From assembly GCA_037443545.1 (NCBI GenBank), contig JBBIOD010000007.1, positions 5,623 through 62,828 on the forward strand: 57,206 nucleotides of DNA, in the 5' to 3' direction. This DNA comes from Ignavibacteriales bacterium (GTDB lineage Bacteria > Bacteroidota > Ignavibacteria > UBA10030 > BY39). The notes beneath the pieces were generated by a model. The model saw nothing but the letters and a program-made list of their open reading frames with translations, had not been told where the DNA came from and made no database searches. Shown in pieces: positions 1 to 9,776 of this stretch. Both the position numbers and the translations under genes were made by a program. Numbering within the stretch: the stretch's first letter is position 1; each line of letters starts with the position of its first letter.

Positions 1-55
1 TGAAACCTCTCATCGATATTCCATAACTGCCGTTTACAAACGTATTGCCGCTGAT
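1..55. repeat. Exact 55-nt direct repeat, copy 1 (identical to 1315-1369)
   Basis: tgaaacctctcatcgatattccataactgccgtttacaaacgtattgccgctgat is identical at both sites. Identity ends at position 56 (g) versus 1370 (t). Confidence 0.95.
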
Positions 56-1903
56 GATGCGGCTCGTATAAAGCGAATTATCCGCAGTTAGAATAATCTG
101 ATTACCGGAACCGCCCGATGTCTGTGTCCCTGATAATACATTGTTCTGAATACGCAAATCTTCTACTCCACCGACTATATTGAAAACATTTGCATACGTT
201 GCATTAGCAACATTGTTGCCCGCTAATGTGAGGTTCTGAATCCTTATGTAATCTGCGCCGTTAAATTGAATCACATAATTATCGCTTGCACCCGATGCGG
301 CATAAAACAATGTCGTGTTGGCTGGAATGCCCGACTGCGACTGAAACGTAATTGTATTTGTGCTGCTTGCACCCGGTATAGGCAATAGTTCTACCTGCTC
401 GATGTATATTCCGTTTAAAATGTTGAATGTAACCGGCGCAGAGATACCTTTCAAAAGCAACTCAGAACGAGCTGCCGATAAAGATGAGTAATTTCCTCCG
501 CTGCCAAGTGTATAACTTCCGGCAAGCGGTGTAGTCGTAGCGGGGTCGGGTGTGAACTCATCGGCTCCTATATCCGGAGGCGATGAACGTACTGTACCAT
601 CTATATCGTCGCTTACGCTCGCAAGTGTTGTTCCCTTGCCATTAAGCCAAGGACTTACTGTATGCAAATCACTATTTGAAACAAAATGTGGATATACAGA
701 TACCGAATTTGCATCCTTACCGCTGGCTGTTTGTAGCGCTGAGAGTGTTGTCCTATCACCGTTCCAGTATGCAATGTAATTACCGACAGTGTAGAGACTA
801 TTGTAGTTTGATGTTCCTATAGCGGCAGGCACGCCGATGTAGTATGCATAACCACCACCTTGATTTGCAAATATGTTATTGACAATATTTATGCTGCTGC
901 CGCCTCCTTCAACCGATAAACCTCGCTGTGCTGTGCTTGTGCTGGTTATATTCACACTGTTATAATATATATCCTGATTAGTAGTGCCATAAAGTTGTAT
1001 CCCATACGCTGTGCTCGTTCCGCCTACTGTTACAAAATTATTCGCTATCAATCCGCGTGGCGTGGGAAGACCTGTTCCTCCATCACATCCATAAAGATAT
1101 ATACCATAACTTGAATTTATGCTTATCTGATTCTTCAATATCTGCATTGCTCCTGTACTGTTTTGAATCTCCATTCCCCGCTGGGCTGTTGTTGAAATTA
1201 TCCTGTTACCGTTAACTTGCGGGCTTACATGATACTGTAAAAATACAGGATTATAACCCGTACTGTTGAATGTATTGTTAGTTATCTGTGTGCCGGAGGA
1301 TTGTACCGCGTTACTGAAACCTCTCATCGATATTCCATAACTGCCGTTTACAAACGTATTGCCGCTGATTGTAGTATTGTCGAGGGAGTCGCCGTCTGCA
1401 TATACGATGATGAGATTTGTTGAACCACCCGTTGTACTGATACCGTTCAAAACATTGTTCAGAAATCGGTTGTTGTTGGCATCGCCGTCAAGTTTAACAA
1501 CTATACCGTATGACGGACTTCCACTCGCGGTAATCGTGATATTCCGGAAGGTAATGTAATCTGCCTGATTCAATCCGACAACATAATTGTTAGTGCTTGT
1601 GGGAGTAAAGAAAAGTGTTACATCGGCAGCGCTTCCACTTTGAGATTGGAAGGTAATTGTATTAGTAGCGCTGGCTCCGCTGATAGTGCCAATTAAAATT
1701 TGTTCATTATAACTTCCGCTAATAATATTAAAAGTTACCGCTGCGTTCACGCCTTTTGTAGTAAGGTCGGTTACAGCCGCAGACAACGTGGAATAATTTC
1801 CTCCAGTCCCGATTGTGTAAGAACCGCTAAGCGGTTGAGAATATACATTTGGAATGTACATACTCAAAATCAACAATAATACAATAGTTAAAAATTTTGA
1901 CAT
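1..1903 (-). CDS. Secreted right-handed parallel beta-helix repeat protein (partial; C-terminus lies beyond the window start)
   Basis: The minus strand is open from the ATG at 1901-1903 (GGAG about 9 nt upstream) to base 1. It is absent from the ORF track because it runs off the window. The translation starts MSKFLTIVLLLILSMYIPNVYSQ (signal peptide). It then shows beta-helix rungs such as ISGNTFVNGSYGISMRGF, ITNNTF, IANNFV and IVNNIFAN. Two homologous modules of about 435 aa each begin PL(S/A)GSYT(I/L)G(T/S)GGNYS. Confidence 0.75.
   Translation of the reverse strand, partial: MSKFLTIVLLLILSMYIPNVYSQPLSGSYTIGTGGNYSTLSAAVTDLTTKGVNAAVTFNIISGSYNEQILIGTISGASATNTITFQSQSGSAADVTLFFTPTSTNNYVVGLNQADYITFRNITITASGSPSYGIVVKLDGDANNNRFLNNVLNGISTTGGSTNLIIVYADGDSLDNTTISGNTFVNGSYGISMRGFSNAVQSSGTQITNNTFNSTGYNPVFLQYHVSPQVNGNRIISTTAQRGMEIQNSTGAMQILKNQISINSSYGIYLYGCDGGTGLPTPRGLIANNFVTVGGTSTAYGIQLYGTTNQDIYYNSVNITSTSTAQRGLSVEGGGSSINIVNNIFANQGGGYAYYIGVPAAIGTSNYNSLYTVGNYIAYWNGDRTTLSALQTASGKDANSVSVYPHFVSNSDLHTVSPWLNGKGTTLASVSDDIDGTVRSSPPDIGADEFTPDPATTTPLAGSYTLGSGGNYSSLSAARSELLLKGISAPVTFNILNGIYIEQVELLPIPGASSTNTITFQSQSGIPANTTLFYAASGASDNYVIQFNGADYIRIQNLTLAGNNVANATYANVFNIVGGVEDLRIQNNVLSGTQTSGGSGNQIILTADNSLYTSRIISGNTFVNGSYGISMRGF
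1315..1369. repeat. Exact 55-nt direct repeat, copy 2 (identical to 1-55)
   Basis: Read by direct comparison. Both copies encode ISGNTFVNGSYGISMRGF on the minus strand. Confidence 0.95.
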
Positions 1904-2023
1904 TTTTTTTCTCCTAAAATTGGTTATTAATGATACAAATATAGGATTAGAAAATGCCAAAATCACCGCATAAAGATGTGGTTTTTGGGAAGGAGGAAAT
2001 AGTCGATAAAATTAGGAAAAAAA

Positions 2024-2689
2024 TTACGTTTTTGGGAAGATCAAACCGCTTGTAAAACCTTTTGCAACAGCTTCGCCCCTGGAATGAACATGCAATTTTT
2101 CGTAAATGTGCCTGATATGATACCTGACCCCGTCGATTGAGAGGAACAATTCATTTGCGATCATCGAATAGGATTTTCCTTCAGCCATTTTTTTTAAGAC
2201 TTGAATTTCACGTTCAGTCAACTCGTTCAGCTTTTCGGAGCTTAGAGTTATTGATTTATGGAAAAAAGAAATTACTTTGCGCGCAATATTCGGGCTCATT
2301 GGCGAACCGCCGCTCATACTTTCTTTTATCGCTTTAGTCAACTCGTCGGCAGAAATTTCTTTCAATAAATAACCAACAGCTCCCGCACAAATTGCGTCGA
2401 ATATCTTTTGGTCGTCGTTGTGTATTGTGCACATCAGCACAGTTACATCGGGATAATTTTTTGAAATATATTTTACCCCCTCGATTCCCGACATACCGGG
2501 CAAACCGATATCCATAAGAACTACATCCGATTCTTCAATCGCTGAAGTCGCAAAAGCTTTTTCACAACTTTCAAAAGAACCGGTGAGTGAAAATTCGGGA
2601 ATGCTTTTTATAAGTTCTTCCATCCCAAATCGGACGTAACGATTATCTTCAATTAATGAAATAGATATTATAGGATCTTCTTTTATCAT
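2024..2689 (-). CDS. Two-component response regulator, NarL/LuxR family (REC + HTH)
   Basis: The receiver shows VLMDIGLPGMSG. The C-terminal LuxR HTH reads LTEREIQVLKKMAEGKSYSMIANELFLSIDGVRYHIRHIYEKL. Confidence 0.9.
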   Translation of the reverse strand: MIKEDPIISISLIEDNRYVRFGMEELIKSIPEFSLTGSFESCEKAFATSAIEESDVVLMDIGLPGMSGIEGVKYISKNYPDVTVLMCTIHNDDQKIFDAICAGAVGYLLKEISADELTKAIKESMSGGSPMSPNIARKVISFFHKSITLSSEKLNELTEREIQVLKKMAEGKSYSMIANELFLSIDGVRYHIRHIYEKLHVHSRGEAVAKGFTSGLIFPKT

Positions 2690-2745
2690 AATATGAACAA
2701 TATAAATGTTTTAAATCAAAATACACTACCCGAATATGTGGTTTT

Positions 2746-5700
2746 TTAGACAGGATAAGTTATTTCCCATGATGTACCGTTTTTGTGAGAAGTGGTTAGC
2801 TCTACCTCACCATTCATCGCTTTAATGCGTGAGTGTATATTTTTTACGCCATTACCGTTTTGTATTTTATCAGGCTCAAACCCTTTTCCGTTGTCGCTTA
2901 TCCGAATCAAGAATGAGGAGTTTTCTGATAGCGTGATATCTATATTCAAATGTGTACACTCAGAATGTCGAATAGCATTAGTAATAATTTCTTTATATAT
3001 GAGCCAAAAGTTCTTGAGATTTTCCAGGAGTGGTGTATTTTTAGGAATTTTTGAGGGAAATTCAATCTTATAACTGATTGATTTGCTTTCGCATAAATCT
3101 GACGTGTAGCGGCGGCACTTTGTTAGTACTACTTCCCAAGTGTTATTCTCAGGATTAAGCGACCAAATAATATCGCGGATAGATTCTAAAATCTCATCTG
3201 TGCTTTCTTTTATGAGGGATAAATATTTTCTTGAATTTTGCGGAATCACATTTCCACTTTCTTTTTCAACTGTTTGTACAAAGTACCCAATTCCACTCAA
3301 TGTCGAAGCAATCTCATCGTGCAAATCCCGCGATATGCTCTCACGCGTTCGTGTGCCTTCATTCTGGAATGCTTGTTCCTGTTTTATTTTTTCTAACTTC
3401 GCTTTTATCTTACGAGTTGAAAGATACCTAATGATTATTGTAAACACTAAAGATAGAACGAGAAAGAATGAAAACACGAACCACCACCGCTGCCATAAAG
3501 GTGTAACGATTATAAAAGTAATTTGTGCAGGTTGCTCGCATATAAAACCATCGGCGTTAATTGCTTGCACCTCGAATGTATGAGTACCGGGTTTCAAGCC
3601 GGCAAATGTAACCCGCCGGTCTCGCGTCCACGAACTCCAGTTTTGTACAACATCTTTTAAACGATACTGGTATTCTATCAAATCACCGTCCCTTAAACTA
3701 ACTCCAACATATTCTATCACAAATTGTTCATTATCCATAGAAAAATTATAAATCGAATCAATAGGAATTGACACTCCATCGACTGTAAAAGAATTTATCA
3801 GAACTTTAGGGGGCAATAAATTTATCCTGTATCTTATATCTTCATCAATCACAATCACATCTCTCGTTAGATACCAACTGACGCCGTTTTTAGTGACTCC
3901 ACACAACGCAACTCTCTCTCCAAACGACTCTCTGAAATTCCGGAATTTCACAACCTGGTCATAAACCATCGACTGGAATCCGTGATTTGTTCCGATGAAA
4001 ATAGTTTCATCCTCTTTCGATAAACACCATATCGCATTGCTCGCCAAGCCATCGCGCATTGTAATGGTTCTGCAAAAGATGTCCGACTTCTCCTTTTTAT
4101 CAAAAATTAAAGATATTCTATCCTTTGGTATTACACCGATGCCGCTGTATCTGGTTCCGACTAATAAATTTCCGCTCTCATCCTCGCAAATTGCACGGAC
4201 GGCATTGTTGGGTAATCCATCCGACTCTTTTAGAGTTAATATTCTACCTGTTTTCCAATCACCATTTTCAACGACACCCAAACCACCCCAGTATCCTCCG
4301 AGCCAAATATTGCCTACCCTATCTTCATAAATTGCCCGTATCGAAACATCGGGTAAACTATCAGTGATTAATTTATAGCGGGGCTTTGTTATGGAAGAAT
4401 CGAATTCAATCATTAGTATCCCATAATTTGAAATGCTGCATATCAATCTATTTTGTTTATCTATCATCATACACAATACATCTGATTTTTCGGGTACAAG
4501 TTTTAGTGGAATACTACTTGTAACTTCAAGCTTCGAATGTTTCCCTGGCTGATATATAATTTCATAAATAATAATAGTTGAATGAGCATATCCAACCCAA
4601 AGTTTACCTTGTTTGTCGAATAATAAAGTTTGTGGAAAATTGTTATGTATAACTTTATGTAAATAACTTGACCACCTTCCTTTTTTATCTGACCATAATT
4701 CCCACAAACCTGATATGGTTGCAACCCAAATATGCCCCGCACTATCGTTTACAGCTTGTGAATTGTTGATGGGTGTGCTTAGTCCCGGCATCGGAAACTT
4801 GTAAACATATTGGTTTGAAAATTTTATCATGCCCTGGTTGTATGTTCCCAACCACAAATTATCTTCACGGTCAATAAGACCACATGTTAAATTCGTGTTA
4901 GGAAGCCCTTGTTCAGTATGATACCTAACCGGGACATCATCTTTAAAGTTGCCAGAAGGAATTTGAAACAGTCCTTCGATAGTACCAATCCACAAGTTCT
5001 CACTTTTGTCTTCTGTGATAAAAGTTATATTTCGAATACTTGTTTCTATCTTGGTTATTATCTTATTATCGAAAACTTTTAAAAGAGTGCCGTTCGATAA
5101 TACAATCCAAATGTTTTGTTTTGAATCTATGAAACTGTCGCTGTAGAAAACATTTGAATCCTTAGAAATTTCAAATGACTTTAGAGATTTATTTTTTGGC
5201 GAATACGTGAACAACCTTAATCCGGAAAAAAATATAATCTCGTTCGCGGCTGTTTCATAAATTCCGCCGAGATGAATTTTTATTTTATTTTCAAATGCAG
5301 AAAGAGTATCATTTTCGATAAGATAAATCCCCGAAAGAGTTCCACACCATATTTTTCCGTAGGTATCCTGCATTAGATAGCCCACGTAGTTTGCGTAGTA
5401 GTCGGATTTGTGAGAGAAGGTTTTGAATTTACCGCGGGAAAATTTGAACACACCGCCGCCGTTTGTAGCAACCCATAACGCGCCTGGTTCATTACGATCT
5501 TCAATTATATGATTTACGTAATTATGAGGAAGCCCCTCAGCGGGGGTATAATTTTTGAATGAAACGCCATCGTACCTGCTCAACCCCTCCGATGTTCCTA
5601 TCCACAAAAAACCGTGGGAGTCCTGAAAAAGAGTCCGCACCTCATTTGAGACAAGGTCGTTCTTGATTGTATAAGTCAAGAACGGATGAACCTGTGAATT

Positions 5701-5754
5701 CACTTCCCAAACAATACCAATTAACGACACAAGAACATGAAAAAATGATTTCAT
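2746..5754 (-). CDS. Sensor histidine kinase with a periplasmic beta-propeller (Reg_prop repeats + Y_Y_Y-like) ectodomain and a HisKA_3/HATPase core
   Basis: It has an N-terminal signal/TM segment and many W(I/V)GT..GL propeller repeats. A YQYRLKD...WSSWT region is followed by a TM helix (WWFVFSFFLVLSLVFTIII). The kinase core shows the H-box RDLHDEIASTLSGI, the N-box TNAIRHS and the G-box SDNGKGF. Confidence 0.9.
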   Translation of the reverse strand: MKSFFHVLVSLIGIVWEVNSQVHPFLTYTIKNDLVSNEVRTLFQDSHGFLWIGTSEGLSRYDGVSFKNYTPAEGLPHNYVNHIIEDRNEPGALWVATNGGGVFKFSRGKFKTFSHKSDYYANYVGYLMQDTYGKIWCGTLSGIYLIENDTLSAFENKIKIHLGGIYETAANEIIFFSGLRLFTYSPKNKSLKSFEISKDSNVFYSDSFIDSKQNIWIVLSNGTLLKVFDNKIITKIETSIRNITFITEDKSENLWIGTIEGLFQIPSGNFKDDVPVRYHTEQGLPNTNLTCGLIDREDNLWLGTYNQGMIKFSNQYVYKFPMPGLSTPINNSQAVNDSAGHIWVATISGLWELWSDKKGRWSSYLHKVIHNNFPQTLLFDKQGKLWVGYAHSTIIIYEIIYQPGKHSKLEVTSSIPLKLVPEKSDVLCMMIDKQNRLICSISNYGILMIEFDSSITKPRYKLITDSLPDVSIRAIYEDRVGNIWLGGYWGGLGVVENGDWKTGRILTLKESDGLPNNAVRAICEDESGNLLVGTRYSGIGVIPKDRISLIFDKKEKSDIFCRTITMRDGLASNAIWCLSKEDETIFIGTNHGFQSMVYDQVVKFRNFRESFGERVALCGVTKNGVSWYLTRDVIVIDEDIRYRINLLPPKVLINSFTVDGVSIPIDSIYNFSMDNEQFVIEYVGVSLRDGDLIEYQYRLKDVVQNWSSWTRDRRVTFAGLKPGTHTFEVQAINADGFICEQPAQITFIIVTPLWQRWWFVFSFFLVLSLVFTIIIRYLSTRKIKAKLEKIKQEQAFQNEGTRTRESISRDLHDEIASTLSGIGYFVQTVEKESGNVIPQNSRKYLSLIKESTDEILESIRDIIWSLNPENNTWEVVLTKCRRYTSDLCESKSISYKIEFPSKIPKNTPLLENLKNFWLIYKEIITNAIRHSECTHLNIDITLSENSSFLIRISDNGKGFEPDKIQNGNGVKNIHSRIKAMNGEVELTTSHKNGTSWEITYPV

Positions 5755-5806
5755 ACCTCATTAATTTGATATTCCGGTATAAAACATATCGGAATATTAG
5801 TTTATA

Positions 5807-7942
5807 CTATTTTAATATACCATGCTGGCTCAGAATATACACGTAATCAAAAGCGATTTCTTTTAACCGTTCATAGCGCCCCGACCTGCCGCCGTGACCG
5901 GACCCCATATTTGTTTTCAGGAGAACAACATTATTATCAGTTTTCATTTCTCGCAGCTTTGCAACCCATTTTGCCCCTTCCCAATAACCGACACGCGGAT
6001 CGTTCAAACCAACTTTCACTAGTATACTCGGATATTTTTGAGGTTTAACATTTGTGTAAGGACAGTAGGTTTTAATATAATCGTAATAAAGTTTTTCTTT
6101 GGGGTTGCCCCATTCTAAGAACTCGCCGACAGTCAAAGGAAGAGTTTCATCAAGCATCGTGTTTATCACATCGACGAAAGGAACTTGAGCAACAACCGCT
6201 TTGAATAAATCGGGACGGATATTAGTTACGGCACCCATCAGTAATCCACCGGCACTACCCCCTTCGATCGTAAGGCGGTCAGCCGAGGTGTATTTTTCAT
6301 TCACAAGGTGCTCGGCACATGCGATGAAATCGGTGAATGTGTTCTTCTTTTTTAACAACTTTCCGTCGTCATACCAATCTCTTCCCAACTCACTGCCGCC
6401 GCGCACGTGAGCGATTGCAAACACAACTCCTCGATCCAATAAGCTTATCCGGTTTGATGAGAATGTAACCGGCGACGAATATCCATACGATCCATAACCG
6501 GTGAGATGTAGAGGCGACTTACCGTTTTTCTTAAATCCATTTTTATAAACGAGCGATATCGGAACCGACTTCCCGTCTTTTGTTTTTGCATAAATACGTT
6601 CCGACTTATACAATTTAGGATCGTAGCCGCCGAGAACTTCGGTTTGTTTTAGCAGCGTCCGTTTTTGCGTTTCAAAGTTATAATCGTAAATGGAACCGGG
6701 CGTTATAAACGATTGGTAGGTGAAACGGAAAACATTCGTGTCGAACTCAGCATTCGCACTCGGGAATGCTGAATAAACCGGCTCTGGAAAGTCGATGTAA
6801 TGGTGCTTGTTGGTGCGTAAATCGGTTACACGCATTTTTTGAATACCGAGTTCGGTTTCGTAGGCAACAAAATAGTTTTTAAAAAAATCGACATTCGTAA
6901 GGTGAACATTTTTCCTATGTGGTAAAACTTCCTTCCAGTTTTTTTGTTGCGGATTGCTGACAGGGGCTACGACAAGCTTAAAATTTTTCGCCCCTTTGTT
7001 CGTTACGATATAAAAATTATCCCCTCCGCCTGCGGTGGAATGATCGATTGAGTATTCGTGTTCTGGTTCGCGAGGCGATATTAATTGGAAATCCCCGAAA
7101 GGTTTATTGGCATTTAAATAGCGAACTTCATCTGAATTGCTTGATTGTGTGTTTAGAAATATATATTCTTTGCTTCTTGAACGCCATGCAGAAATGCGGA
7201 AAAGTTCATCCTTCTCCTCGAATATCAGCACATCTTCTTTTTGAGTTGTTCCCAAAGTATGTCTGTAAAGTTGATGCGGACGTTTTGCGTGGTCGTGAGT
7301 TGTATAGAAAATAGTTTTGTTATCCAAAGCCCAAACAACTGAGTTTACATTATCGAGTTTATCGGCAAGAAATTCGTTCGTCGTTAGGTCTTTAAATAAC
7401 AACGAGAATTCTTCTGCACCGGTTGTATCAATCGAGAAAGCTAAAATGTTTTGGTCGGGACTGACGCTGAATGCACCCAATCGAAGATACTGATATTTAG
7501 TGGCAAATTCATTTTGGTCGAGCAGAATTTCTTCCGCAGCATCAAGATTCCCTTTCTTTCTACAATAAATCGGATACTGTTTTCCTTTTTCCGTACGAGT
7601 GTAGTAATAGTAATTGCTGACCCTGTATGGGACATCGAGGTCAGTTTCTTTTATTCGATTCAAAATCTCGTTATAAATTGTTTCCTGGAACGCCACAGTT
7701 GGCAGTATAATCGCATCGGTGTATTCGTTTTCAGCTTCGAGATGTTTGATAACTGCTGGATTCGTTTTGTCCTTGAGCCAGTTATATTTATCTATAAAAG
7801 TATCGTTATCTAATGTGGTAGTCTGTAATATTATATTTGCTTTCGGTGGTTTATTTTCCATCTGAGTATCGGGTTTTTGTGCAAAGTTTTGTGTTGAATA
7901 AATTATTAAGATTGAAAGGAGGGTTAATTTTAGATATTTCAT
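5807..7942 (-). CDS. ptrB: Oligopeptidase B / protease II (S9A prolyl oligopeptidase family), with signal peptide
   Basis: 711 aa with an N-terminal propeller and a C-terminal hydrolase domain. The nucleophile elbow reads GGSAGGLLMG and GSGHGG lies near the C-terminus. The signal peptide is MKYLKLTLLSILIIYSTQNFAQ. Confidence 0.8.
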   Translation of the reverse strand: MKYLKLTLLSILIIYSTQNFAQKPDTQMENKPPKANIILQTTTLDNDTFIDKYNWLKDKTNPAVIKHLEAENEYTDAIILPTVAFQETIYNEILNRIKETDLDVPYRVSNYYYYTRTEKGKQYPIYCRKKGNLDAAEEILLDQNEFATKYQYLRLGAFSVSPDQNILAFSIDTTGAEEFSLLFKDLTTNEFLADKLDNVNSVVWALDNKTIFYTTHDHAKRPHQLYRHTLGTTQKEDVLIFEEKDELFRISAWRSRSKEYIFLNTQSSNSDEVRYLNANKPFGDFQLISPREPEHEYSIDHSTAGGGDNFYIVTNKGAKNFKLVVAPVSNPQQKNWKEVLPHRKNVHLTNVDFFKNYFVAYETELGIQKMRVTDLRTNKHHYIDFPEPVYSAFPSANAEFDTNVFRFTYQSFITPGSIYDYNFETQKRTLLKQTEVLGGYDPKLYKSERIYAKTKDGKSVPISLVYKNGFKKNGKSPLHLTGYGSYGYSSPVTFSSNRISLLDRGVVFAIAHVRGGSELGRDWYDDGKLLKKKNTFTDFIACAEHLVNEKYTSADRLTIEGGSAGGLLMGAVTNIRPDLFKAVVAQVPFVDVINTMLDETLPLTVGEFLEWGNPKEKLYYDYIKTYCPYTNVKPQKYPSILVKVGLNDPRVGYWEGAKWVAKLREMKTDNNVVLLKTNMGSGHGGRSGRYERLKEIAFDYVYILSQHGILK

Positions 7943-7965
7943 TTTTTGTCCTTTAAAACGTTTTT

Positions 7966-9678
7966 TTATTTTATGTTGATTAATTCTTTCGCCGATTTAA
8001 GTGTCGATTCAGTTACGTCAGTTCCGCTCATCAGTTTTGCGACTTGGAAGATGCGTTCATCAAGTGTTAATTTTCTTAGAACGGTTGCGGAACGTTTTCC
8101 GTCCTCTACTTTTTCTACTACATAATGAGTATCAGCCAAGCTGGCAATTTGCGGAAGGTGTGTGATTGCAATAACTTGATGTAACTTCGAAAGATTTTTC
8201 AAGCTCAATCCAACGGCTTGCGCAATACGTCCGCTGATGCCGATATCTATTTCATCGAAGATAAGTAGAGGCAGTTTTTCAGATTTTGCAAGTATGGTTT
8301 TGAGCGATAGCATAATTCGTGATATTTCCCCTCCCGATGCTACCTTCACAAGAGGTTTTACATCTTCACCAATGTTAGTCGATATGAAGAACTCAACAAA
8401 GTCAATCCCCTTTGGTTCGGTTTCATAAAAATCTTTTCCGATTTTTACGAGTGCGTTTTCAGAGTTATCCGGCTTCACGAACCGATTATCGACTCGCGTT
8501 TCGAATTTCGAGTTTTTGATCCCGAGTTCAGCTAATACTTTTACGATTTCGGAATTTACTTTTTTCGCGGCTTCGTTTCGTTTGGCAGTAAGTTTCATTG
8601 CCAACTCAGATGCGATTTTTCTCTTCTCCTCAATTGCCTGTTTCACTTTTTTTATTTCGGCATCAATATTTTCGACAAGCAGTAATTCGGCTTCAAGTTT
8701 ATGTTTGAATTCGATGAGTGATTCAATTGAGCCGCCGTATTTCTTTTTTAGCAGAGTAATTTGTCCTAACCTGTTGCGGTGATGTTCTAATTTTTCTGGA
8801 TTGAATTCGATATTTGAAATGTAATCCCGCATCGAAGCAGTCAGCTCTTTCACGATCGCTTTGGCAGATTCAGCTTCTTTTTTTAGCGCTCCGAATGTTT
8901 CATCGATGAGCGATAACTGCTCGATATATTTGAGCGACTGGTTGAGTTTAACGATTATAGAACTTTCACCGTCGTACAAAATATTATACAGTTTATTCGT
9001 TTCTTCGTTCAGTTTTTCCGAGTTCTCTAAAATTTTTAATTCGGATTCGAGACGTGCTTCCTCGTCGATCAGTGGATTTACAGCATCGATTTCTTTTAAT
9101 TGAAATTCGTATAAATCTTTTTTCTCATTAACAATATTATTTCGGTTTTGGAGTTCGGTAAGTTTACGTACTTCGCTAACTAGTTGGTTATGGGCAGCTT
9201 TGAATTCTTCAACGAGTGGTGATAACCCGGCAAAATCATCCAACAAATCGATGTGTGTTTCGGTTCGGAGTAGTGATTGATGCTCGTGTTGTCCGTGCAA
9301 ATCTACAAGCGAGTCGCCGATAATTTTCATAATTCTCAATGGAACGGGAGTGTCGTTCACAAAGGAGCGGGTTGTTCCTTTAATCGAAAGTTCGCGGCGT
9401 AGGATAACTTGGTCTGAAAGATCTATATCATTTTCTTTTATGAAATGTTTGATTTTTTTATTTTGAGAAACATCGAAAGTTCCCTCAACGATCGCCTTGT
9501 CGGAATTTTTGCGAATAGCGGCGGTGTCGGTACGTTCGCCTAAAATTAAACTCAACGCATCTATGATGATTGATTTCCCGGCACCCGTTTCGCCGGTGAT
9601 GATATTCAATCCCTGCTCGAAATCGATTTCGAGTTTTTCAATCAGCGCGTAATTATGGATTTGAAGATGTTTAAGCAT
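7966..9678 (-). CDS. recN: DNA repair protein RecN
   Basis: The Walker A motif is GETGAGKS. A long coiled-coil centre is followed by a C-terminal SGGE...LLIFDEID signature/Walker B region. Length is 570 aa. Confidence 0.95.
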   Translation of the reverse strand: MLKHLQIHNYALIEKLEIDFEQGLNIITGETGAGKSIIIDALSLILGERTDTAAIRKNSDKAIVEGTFDVSQNKKIKHFIKENDIDLSDQVILRRELSIKGTTRSFVNDTPVPLRIMKIIGDSLVDLHGQHEHQSLLRTETHIDLLDDFAGLSPLVEEFKAAHNQLVSEVRKLTELQNRNNIVNEKKDLYEFQLKEIDAVNPLIDEEARLESELKILENSEKLNEETNKLYNILYDGESSIIVKLNQSLKYIEQLSLIDETFGALKKEAESAKAIVKELTASMRDYISNIEFNPEKLEHHRNRLGQITLLKKKYGGSIESLIEFKHKLEAELLLVENIDAEIKKVKQAIEEKRKIASELAMKLTAKRNEAAKKVNSEIVKVLAELGIKNSKFETRVDNRFVKPDNSENALVKIGKDFYETEPKGIDFVEFFISTNIGEDVKPLVKVASGGEISRIMLSLKTILAKSEKLPLLIFDEIDIGISGRIAQAVGLSLKNLSKLHQVIAITHLPQIASLADTHYVVEKVEDGKRSATVLRKLTLDERIFQVAKLMSGTDVTESTLKSAKELINIK

Positions 9679-9776
9679 TTGTGGTATAATTTAAGGAAAA
9701 TTTTGGAAATATCAATTGTATTTTTGAACTTTGTATAGGATTTCTTAAATTGTTTACAACTAAATTGGAGGTTGTT

